Assembly: GCA_964426735.1 (NCBI GenBank)
Contig: CAYRRP010000004.1
Span: 25,142 to 88,448 of the forward strand
Reading direction: 5' to 3'
Length of the DNA stretch: 63,307 bases
DNA from: an uncultured Candidatus Saccharibacteria bacterium
GTDB taxonomy: Bacteria; Patescibacteriota; Minisyncoccia; Phycocordibacterales; DATDWN01
Made by a program: the position numbers and the translations under genes. Shown piece by piece: positions 17,509 through 24,740 of the stretch (within the stretch, counting starts at the first letter, position 1; the number at the start of each line of letters is the position of its first letter). The notes under the pieces were generated by a model, which did no database searches, had not been told where the DNA came from, and saw only the letters and a program-made list of their open reading frames with translations.

Positions 17509-18054
17509 ATGTCGAAACAACAAATTGGTGAAGGTCGTAATTGGTATGTTATCCATACATACGCTGGATATGAAAACGCAGTGATGCGAAATCTTAAACA
17601 GCGTATTGAGTCTCTTGGTATGGAAGATAAAATCTTTGATGTAATTGTTCCAACTGAAAAGAAAATCAAAATCAAAGGAGGGAAGCGAGTAGAGGAAGAA
17701 GAGAAAATATATCCAGGATACGTATTGGTAGATATGATTGTAACCGATGATTCGTGGTATGTGGTACGAAATACTCCTCGTGTGACTGGTTTCGTTGGTT
17801 CAGGAGTGTTTCCGGTGCCTGTTGAAAAGAAGGAGGTTGAAGCGTTGTTTGCTCGTATGAATGCACACACCGCAAAACATAAAATTGATTTATCTGTTGG
17901 AGATATCGTCATGGTTGTAGATGGTCCATTTAAAGACCTCGAAGGTAAAGTGTCTGAGGTTGATGAAGAGAGAGGTAAGGTAAAAGTACTTGTGGCGATG
18001 TTTGGACGCGAAACACCAGTAGAGTTGGACTTTTTGCAAGTTAGAAAAAGTTAA
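17509..18054 (+). CDS. nusG: Transcription termination/antitermination factor NusG
   Basis: NGN domain (WYVIHTYAGYENAV, YPGYVLV) and KOW motif (VGDIVMVVDGPFKDLEGKV). Confidence 0.92.
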   Translation: MSKQQIGEGRNWYVIHTYAGYENAVMRNLKQRIESLGMEDKIFDVIVPTEKKIKIKGGKRVEEEEKIYPGYVLVDMIVTDDSWYVVRNTPRVTGFVGSGVFPVPVEKKEVEALFARMNAHTAKHKIDLSVGDIVMVVDGPFKDLEGKVSEVDEERGKVKVLVAMFGRETPVELDFLQVRKS

Positions 18055-18055
18055 A

Positions 18056-18174
18056 CTTCAAAATCTGGCGAACTCCTTTGTCGGAATTCCAATTGATGAC
18101 CGCTCACCTTACAAAAAGTAAGGCTCAGGATCATCAGTCGGCTTCCTTCGCGGATTTCATCCAGATTGTGAAAG
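18056..18174 (+). repeat. Dispersed ~115-nt hairpin repeat, copy B
   Basis: CTTCAAAATCTGG-CGAACTCCTTTGTCGGAA...CTCACCTTACAAAAAGTAAGGCT...TTCCTTCGCGGATTTCATCCAGATTGTGAAAG. It starts 2 nt after the nusG stop. Confidence 0.85.
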
Positions 18175-18197
18175 TTTTCAGTAGCTATTTAATACGG

Positions 18198-18226
18198 TTG
18201 AAATTAGTTAAAAATTGAGGTATAGT
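18198..18226 (+). promoter_or_regulatory. Sigma70-like promoter upstream of rplK
   Basis: TTGAAA (18198-18203), 17 nt, TATAGT (18221-18226). Confidence 0.5.
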
Positions 18227-18261
18227 GGCACTTCCCACGCTTCTAGGGAAAAAATAATACA

Positions 18262-18684
18262 ATGGCAAAAAAAATAACAAAAAAATTAAAGCTCGTCATT
18301 CCTGCGGGTAAAGCGAACCCAGCTCCTCCAGTTGGTCCTGCGCTTGGTCAGGCAGGTGTAGCTATCGGTGAATTCGTAAAGCAATTTAACGATGCAACTG
18401 CAAAGATGATGGGGGATATTGTACCAGTTGAAATTACTGTGTATGAAGATCGAACATTCACCTTTGTATTGAAAACTCCTCCAGCATCAAGTCTTATCTT
18501 GAAGGCAATCGGAAAGGAAAAAGGTTCAGGTAAACCAAATACTTCAAAAATGGGAACTCTTACAAAAGCTCAGCTTAAGGAGATCGCAGAAAAGAAGATG
18601 GTAGACCTCAATGCTCACGATGTGGACGCTGCGATGAATATTATTGCGGGGACTGCTCGATCTATGGGCGTCGACGTGAAATAA
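18262..18684 (+). CDS. rplK: 50S ribosomal protein L11
   Basis: [24 protein letters not shown]... is the canonical L11 N-terminus. Confidence 0.95.
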   Translation: MAKKITKKLKLVIPAGKANPAPPVGPALGQAGVAIGEFVKQFNDATAKMMGDIVPVEITVYEDRTFTFVLKTPPASSLILKAIGKEKGSGKPNTSKMGTLTKAQLKEIAEKKMVDLNAHDVDAAMNIIAGTARSMGVDVK

Positions 18685-18892
18685 GAAACGTCGACGAGCC
18701 GGAGGTCGACGGACCGAGGCGGGCTCGCGCAACTTTTCAGTAGAAAAGTATGTGTGAGTGGATGTAACTAAATACCACTAGACTTTTCTATTTTGGTTTT
18801 GATATACTAATTAGACAAAAGACGCCTCCGGGTGTCTTTTGTATTTGTGTTTTCTGGTGTGAATTGCTAGTCTGTTTTCAGAAAGGGTGAGT

Positions 18893-19492
18893 ATGATCAA
18901 GATCGAGCGTCCGAGCTGGGAAGAAGCGTTTCTTCTTGACATTATAGTTGGTGGACTTCGTTCCACCTGCTTAAAGAGAAAGGTGTGTGCAGGATTGGTA
19001 AAGTATAATCGAGTTCTTGCGCGAGGATATAATGGAGCCCCTCCTGATGTAGAAACATGTTTGCAAACAGGAGAGTGTTACTATGAGCGTCTAGCCTGGG
19101 AAGATCATCTTAAGGGTCATGGGGAGTTCCCGATACTGAAAGAGGCAAGAAAACAATTCTGCAATGCAATACATGCAGAAAAGAACGCATTCAATCAGTG
19201 TATTCAAACAGGGGTCATCCCTATCGGAGCATCCTTGTATACCACCAATTTCCCATGTCCGGGGTGTGTGCGAGATGTGGTGATTCCAAACAAAATTGCC
19301 GAAGTGGTTGTGTGGAAGCCATTTCTCTCAAATATCACACTGACTGCTGATGAGTTGACGGTGAGTAAGTCTTGGCTCAGACAAGCGAACATACCGACAC
19401 GTACCATAAACATAACTGATGCACGGTTGCAAGATTTACTTAGCTTGTTTCCTTCTGTTGGAGATCGGATTGAGTATGTTTTTCAACCATAA
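18893..19492 (+). CDS. dCMP deaminase (CMP/dCMP deaminase zinc-binding family)
   Basis: Zinc and catalytic motifs HAEKNAF and PCPGCVRDV. The ATG at 18893 is preceded by GAAAGGGTGA. Confidence 0.8.
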   Translation: MIKIERPSWEEAFLLDIIVGGLRSTCLKRKVCAGLVKYNRVLARGYNGAPPDVETCLQTGECYYERLAWEDHLKGHGEFPILKEARKQFCNAIHAEKNAFNQCIQTGVIPIGASLYTTNFPCPGCVRDVVIPNKIAEVVVWKPFLSNITLTADELTVSKSWLRQANIPTRTINITDARLQDLLSLFPSVGDRIEYVFQP

Positions 19493-19499
19493 AAAGATA

Positions 19500-19536
19500 C
19501 CCCACAGGTGCGCAACGCGCACCTGTGGGGATTTTG
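19500..19536. terminator. Bidirectional GC-rich terminator between convergent genes
   Basis: CCCCACAGGTGCGC / GCGCACCTGTGGGG, followed by ATTTTGTTT. Confidence 0.75.
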
Positions 19537-19537
19537 T

Positions 19538-20860
19538 TTAGACTTCTTTTTTGATGATGTCGTGTCTGCCACGAAGAGTTGACCACTCATCAGGAGACAT
19601 GTCACAGTGCAGCATGATATCTGGAATCACCGTCTTTAGTGCATATCCGATGTTCTGGGCCACAGGACGAAGAGTTGGATGAACGCTTTGTCCACTGCGT
19701 AGTTCAGCAATATAGACACTTGATGGAATGCTAGCTGTCATTTCACAACCAACCTGGTATCCCATTGCGATATAGTATTGCCGAATGAGTGGGTCAGTGA
19801 TTTTCCTGATCTCGTCTTCTTGGAGAGAAATCGTTTCCATGGTACAGGATCGGAGCTCTTCAGGTAGATTTTCCAAGTACCATGGGTGAAAGCCGATGTC
19901 TGTAGTTAACAGCGGCATGATTTGCGTACAGCTCCGTTGTCGTTGGATGTCACGAAACGATCCGAAGTCTATATGGAACATGTATTGTAACTGTCCATAC
20001 CGATCGAACCAGTCAGGGATTTCAGTTTTAGCAGGTCTGTTTGTGAGAAGGTCGAGATGTTTCTTGCGACCATATAGTTTTGCTGTTTGGATTGTGTCAG
20101 TGAAATAAAAATCACTGTCATGTCTCATGTACTCGTACTCGAGTTCTCCGCATCGTGCATAGAACGCATCCTGTTCACTGTAGGATTTGAACGAGAAGCT
20201 GTTTGGGTATTTTGCTTGCAACTCGCTCAGCATGCTTTGTGCGGCTTGGCGCACCTCTTCGAGAGGATGGAACGACATTTCTTTAATGTGATCCCATGCC
20301 TGTCTCAAGTTGGTGTGCCACCCAACATATGTGGTTGATCCTGCTGGAAGAAACGACCGAGCAATATCAAAAGCTTTTGCTTTAATTGCCTTGAAATGCT
20401 CTTTCGGATTATCTGTCTCTAGGGCAGGGTATTTCCCCATTAGAAAAGGAACCAGTTTTTCGAGTGCGATGGAATACAACAGCATCCACCTCTCCTGAAT
20501 CCCTCGCCCCTGTTCTGTGCCAAGTGGGTTGAGTACCGCCTGAGCACTCATGTCTAAATATCGAGTGCTCGCTTCTTGCCCATTGTATAGACGATTGTTC
20601 TGAATCGCTTTTGCATTGAGCATGCTTCCATTCTCGTGACAGATGGTGGTCGAGCCACAGTCGCCAATAGACTTATGGCCGTACCCAACATAGTAAGTTC
20701 CCATAAATCTTTGAGGACCCACCTTGTTAATTTGTTCGAGATGTACTCGCACTGAGCGAGGGTCTCGTGAATACAACGAAAGTGCCATTGCAGCTTCTTC
20801 CGGAGCAAGGTGATCAAAGATGATAACCTCTGACTCTGGTAAGTTAACAATTTTCGGCAT
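19538..20860 (-). CDS. Tandem-duplicated, divergent ThyX-like (Thy1 family) protein, putative flavin-dependent thymidylate synthase
   Basis: Half 1 has GHKSIGDCG (compare GHxSxxEH), QEASTRYL (the SxRY motif) and ARSFLPAGSTT...NLRQ..H. Half 2 has FRDIQRQRS (compare RHR) and AELRSGQSVHPTLRPVA. The canonical motifs are split between the two halves. Confidence 0.5.
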   Translation of the reverse strand: MPKIVNLPESEVIIFDHLAPEEAAMALSLYSRDPRSVRVHLEQINKVGPQRFMGTYYVGYGHKSIGDCGSTTICHENGSMLNAKAIQNNRLYNGQEASTRYLDMSAQAVLNPLGTEQGRGIQERWMLLYSIALEKLVPFLMGKYPALETDNPKEHFKAIKAKAFDIARSFLPAGSTTYVGWHTNLRQAWDHIKEMSFHPLEEVRQAAQSMLSELQAKYPNSFSFKSYSEQDAFYARCGELEYEYMRHDSDFYFTDTIQTAKLYGRKKHLDLLTNRPAKTEIPDWFDRYGQLQYMFHIDFGSFRDIQRQRSCTQIMPLLTTDIGFHPWYLENLPEELRSCTMETISLQEDEIRKITDPLIRQYYIAMGYQVGCEMTASIPSSVYIAELRSGQSVHPTLRPVAQNIGYALKTVIPDIMLHCDMSPDEWSTLRGRHDIIKKEV

Positions 20861-20971
20861 GCGTTTCTCCTATCCAAGTTTGGATTCTGCATCTATTTGT
20901 ACCTTTTGTAGTAAATAAGTCAAATTGACAGGGTTTTGATGGTTGATATGCTGTAAAACAGGAAAGGAAAC

Positions 20972-21661
20972 ATGATGGTTCAAACATATCTACCTCTTCA
21001 GTTGCCAGTATTTGCGTTTGAGGGTATTGATGGTTCTGGTAAGACAACGATAGTTGAGAGGTTGCGGAATGATCCACAAGTTGGCCTCTCTCGAGCTTGC
21101 TTTACTCGAGAACCAGGCGGGTCACTTATTGGTGAAAAGATTCGTTTTCTGCTCCTGAACGATAAAGAGTCAGAAGACGAGTCTCCACTTACGCGACTAC
21201 TGTTGTTTATGTCGTCGCGATCATCAAATGTTGATAAGATTGTCAGGCCGGCTTTACACAACGGAAAGATGGTGATATCGGATCGTTTAGATGCTTCCAC
21301 ATTTGCATTCCAGTTGTGGGGTGGTAAGTGTCAGAATCTCGAAAAGATTTTCTACTATCTACGTAATGAAATTTTGGGACAGCTGCCAATCCAATATATC
21401 TATTTGCGGATTACTCCTGAGGAGGCAGCTCTTCGCAGAGTTGGGAGATCTGAGGCTGCTCGAAATTTTCTTGATGATCTTCCTCCGGATTTCCATCAGC
21501 GGGTATTTGAAGGGTACGAGCTTTTCTTTAAAAGGGTGGCATATGAAGCTATGAAGCAGGAAAACCCTTTACATGTTGTTCATACTGTCGATGCTTCATG
21601 TGACGAAGATGAAGTTTATGGGAAGGTGCTCGATGTTGTGTTGCGAGCGTGGGGAAGTTAG
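20972..21661 (+). CDS. tmk: Thymidylate kinase
   Basis: P-loop FEGIDGSGKTT, the TREPGG motif and a DR...S..AFQ region. Confidence 0.85.
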   Translation: MMVQTYLPLQLPVFAFEGIDGSGKTTIVERLRNDPQVGLSRACFTREPGGSLIGEKIRFLLLNDKESEDESPLTRLLLFMSSRSSNVDKIVRPALHNGKMVISDRLDASTFAFQLWGGKCQNLEKIFYYLRNEILGQLPIQYIYLRITPEEAALRRVGRSEAARNFLDDLPPDFHQRVFEGYELFFKRVAYEAMKQENPLHVVHTVDASCDEDEVYGKVLDVVLRAWGS

Positions 21662-21732
21662 ACACCGTAAGGTGTCCAACTTCCTCTTTTTATTATTAAA
21701 AATGCTATTATGTGCATGTTTTAAAATTTCAT

Positions 21733-22911
21733 ATGAAAGACACACAAATCAAAAAACTTATCGATGCAGAAAAGAAAAGACAAAAGAAAGTTATCAACCT
21801 GATTGCATCTGAAAACTACGTCTCAAAAGATGTGCTCGAAGCGCTTGGTTCAGAACTTACCAATAAGTACGCAGAAGGGTATCCGGGTAAACGATATTAT
21901 GGAGGTCAGGTGCATGTTGATCAGATTGAAATCTTGGCACAAGAGAGAGCGTTAAAACTTTTTGGTTTGTCTTCTAAAAAATGGCACGTCAATGTACAAC
22001 CTCTTTCAGGCTCACCGGCAAACTTGGCGGTGTATGTAGGACTCGTTCCAAAAGAGGGGAAGATTATGGGTATGTCACTCGACCATGGAGGACATCTGAC
22101 TCATGGACACAAAGTGTCTGCGACAGGTAAGTTTTGGCAACAGGTTCCATATGGAGTCGATCCAGTTACAGAAGTTATCAACTACGATGAAATAAAAAAG
22201 ATTGCACAGCAAGAAAAGCCACAAATCATTGTTGCAGGATTTACCGCGTATCCTCGAAAAGTTGATTTTAAAAAGTTTCGGGAAATTGCAGATAGTGTGG
22301 GTGCATTGCTTATGGTGGACATGTCGCACTTTGGTGGGTTGGTCGCAGGTAAGGCATATGCATCTCCTTTTTTATATGCAGATGTGGTGACCACTACTGT
22401 ACATAAGACACTTCGTGGTCCGCGCGCTGCGATGATTTTCTCAAAGATTGATGAAAGAGAATTGTATAAAAAAATAGACCGAGCAGTGTTTCCGGGGCTT
22501 CAAGGCGGACCACATCTAAATCAAATTGCTGGTATTGCGGTAGCGCTCAAAGAAGCAGATACACCAGCATTTAAAACATATGCAAAGCAAGTGGTAAAAA
22601 ATGCATCGACACTTGCAAAAGAATTAAAAAAACGAGGATGGAAAATTATTTCAGGAGGTACTGACACTCATCTTATTTTGATGGATACATGGATGGGAGG
22701 TGCGGGTATTTCTGGAAAAGAGGCGAGTGATCGCTTGGAGGCAGAAGGGATTATTGTAAACAAAAATAGTATTCCCGGAGAGACTCGTTCACCAATGGAT
22801 CCTTCTGGTATCCGCTTGGGTACTGCAGCCGAAACAACTCGAGGTAAAAAAGAGAAAGATATGATAAAAATTGCACAGAAAATTGATACCATCTTACGTA
22901 AAAAGCTATAA
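21733..22911 (+). CDS. glyA: Serine hydroxymethyltransferase
   Basis: LIASENYVS, NKYAEGYPGKRYYGG and the PLP-lysine motif TTTVHKTLRGPR. Confidence 0.93.
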   Translation: MKDTQIKKLIDAEKKRQKKVINLIASENYVSKDVLEALGSELTNKYAEGYPGKRYYGGQVHVDQIEILAQERALKLFGLSSKKWHVNVQPLSGSPANLAVYVGLVPKEGKIMGMSLDHGGHLTHGHKVSATGKFWQQVPYGVDPVTEVINYDEIKKIAQQEKPQIIVAGFTAYPRKVDFKKFREIADSVGALLMVDMSHFGGLVAGKAYASPFLYADVVTTTVHKTLRGPRAAMIFSKIDERELYKKIDRAVFPGLQGGPHLNQIAGIAVALKEADTPAFKTYAKQVVKNASTLAKELKKRGWKIISGGTDTHLILMDTWMGGAGISGKEASDRLEAEGIIVNKNSIPGETRSPMDPSGIRLGTAAETTRGKKEKDMIKIAQKIDTILRKKL

Positions 22912-22955
22912 GAGTGTGTCTTTGTAAATTAAGGTCATAATGCTATTATTGCCTT

Positions 22956-24641
22956 ATGACATTGCAGACTACAATAAAACAGTGGATTGCCTCGACATTA
23001 TCAATCGATGATGATGTTGTTTTGGAGTATCCAGGGGATCTCTCTCATGGAGACTTCGCGACCAATATTGCACTTGTGTATGCAAAACAATACGGCAAAA
23101 ATCCACGTGAACTCGCGGGGGAATTTGTTGAAAAGCTTAATGCGCATAAATTACCTGAAATTGCATCGATTGAAATGGCTGGTCCTGGATTTATAAACTT
23201 CAAACTCACACCAGAGGTTTTTGGAAATGTAGTGGAAAAAATTGTCGCAGCGGGTAAAACATTTGGAAATCATACAAGGCTTAGTGGGCAAAGAGTTGTG
23301 ATCGACTATACTCAACCAAACCCATTTAAAGAATTTCATATCGGACACTTAATGAATAACATTATCGGTGAATCAATATCGCGACTTTTTGAAGCACATG
23401 GTACTGAGGTGATTCGCAGTACGTATCATGGTGATGTTGGTCTGCATGTAGCAATGGCAATCTGGGGTTTGCAAAGTATGGAGGTGGGTACAGAAATGGA
23501 TGCACATATGCTTGGTAAAGCGTATGCAACAGGAGCGAGGTTGTTTAAAGAAAGTGAGGAGGTTAAAAAAGAAATTGTTGCACTTAATAAAGTGATTTAT
23601 GATCGCAGTGATGCTGATGTAAATATGCTGTATGATACTGGACGAAAAGTGTCGCTCGATTATTTTGAATCACTCTACAAACGTCTCGGCAGTAATTTTG
23701 ATTTTCATTTTTATGAAAGTGAAACAGCACCAATCGGTAAAGCACTTGTGGAAGAATATTTAAAAACAGATGTGTTTGAAGAAAGTGAAGGAGCGGTGAT
23801 ATATCGAGGAGAAAAACATGGGTTACATACTCGTGTATTTCTTACCTCTGGTGGTATACCAGTGTATGAAGCAAAGGAGCTTGGTCTTACAGCGTTAAAG
23901 CGGGAAGCAATTGGTAATTTTGATATGTCGGTGACTATCACTGCAAATGAACAAAATGCGTTTTTTACGGTGGTTGAAAAAGCTATTGAGGATATTTTCC
24001 CGGATTTATGTGGCAGACTGTTGCATCTTTCTCATGGCATGATGAAACTTCCTGGTGGAAAAATGTCTTCGCGTACCGGTGATGTGGTTACTGCAGAAGC
24101 AATGATTGAGAGTGTAAAAGAGGCGGCAAAGATGAAAATAAAACCAGGAGTGTTCTCGCAAGCACAACAAGATGATATTGCAGAAAAAGTGGCACTCGCT
24201 GCTTTACGATATACAATCCTCCGACAATCAATCGGCGGTGATATTATTTTTGATATCAATCAGGCACTCTCACTCGAAGGGGACTCAGGTCCATATCTTC
24301 AGTATGCATCAGTGCGTGCTTCTACACTTTTGAAAAAAGCAGAGGGTCTTGTCGAAGTGTCTTCTGTTTTGCCAGAGTCTTGGCAGACAACTCATATCGA
24401 AAAGCTTCTTCAGCGTTATCCACGAATCATTGACCGTGCAGGACGTGAATATGCTCCACATCAGCTCGTTACGTATCTTACAGAGCTTGCAGGGTCTTTC
24501 AATTCGTTCTACGGGTCTCATAAAATCATTGATGCTGATGATCCTACTTCAGAATATCGCCTCGCAATTACAAAAGCATTTTTCGATGTAATGACTTCAG
24601 GCCTTCATCTCCTGGGAATCGAAATCCCTCAAGAAATGTAA
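22956..24641 (+). CDS. argS: Arginine--tRNA ligase
   Basis: Class I HIGH motif (EFHIGHLMN), an N-terminal Arg-tRNA-synthetase additional domain and a C-terminal DALR-type anticodon-binding region. Confidence 0.9.
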   Translation: MTLQTTIKQWIASTLSIDDDVVLEYPGDLSHGDFATNIALVYAKQYGKNPRELAGEFVEKLNAHKLPEIASIEMAGPGFINFKLTPEVFGNVVEKIVAAGKTFGNHTRLSGQRVVIDYTQPNPFKEFHIGHLMNNIIGESISRLFEAHGTEVIRSTYHGDVGLHVAMAIWGLQSMEVGTEMDAHMLGKAYATGARLFKESEEVKKEIVALNKVIYDRSDADVNMLYDTGRKVSLDYFESLYKRLGSNFDFHFYESETAPIGKALVEEYLKTDVFEESEGAVIYRGEKHGLHTRVFLTSGGIPVYEAKELGLTALKREAIGNFDMSVTITANEQNAFFTVVEKAIEDIFPDLCGRLLHLSHGMMKLPGGKMSSRTGDVVTAEAMIESVKEAAKMKIKPGVFSQAQQDDIAEKVALAALRYTILRQSIGGDIIFDINQALSLEGDSGPYLQYASVRASTLLKKAEGLVEVSSVLPESWQTTHIEKLLQRYPRIIDRAGREYAPHQLVTYLTELAGSFNSFYGSHKIIDADDPTSEYRLAITKAFFDVMTSGLHLLGIEIPQEM

Positions 24642-24652
24642 ATACATTTGAA

Positions 24653-24692
24653 TACATAGGGGTACCCTATGTACATAGGGTACCCCTATGTA
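24653..24692. repeat. REP palindrome pair (back-to-back, opposite orientations)
   Basis: TACATAGGGGTACCCTATGTA (24653-24673) and TACATAGGGTACCCCTATGTA (24672-24692). The same motif flanks the RAYT gene at 49.6-50.5 kb. Confidence 0.85.
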
Positions 24693-24740
24693 TTTGCTTT
24701 CTTTATAAAAACTACTGAAAATGATAGTATTGGCGTATAT

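Noticed and set aside
24669-24740. 24-codon N-terminal extension of ileS (MYIGYPYVFAFF...)
   Set aside because: It is a read-through of the REP palindrome doublet. The IleRS homology starts after the ATG at 24741.
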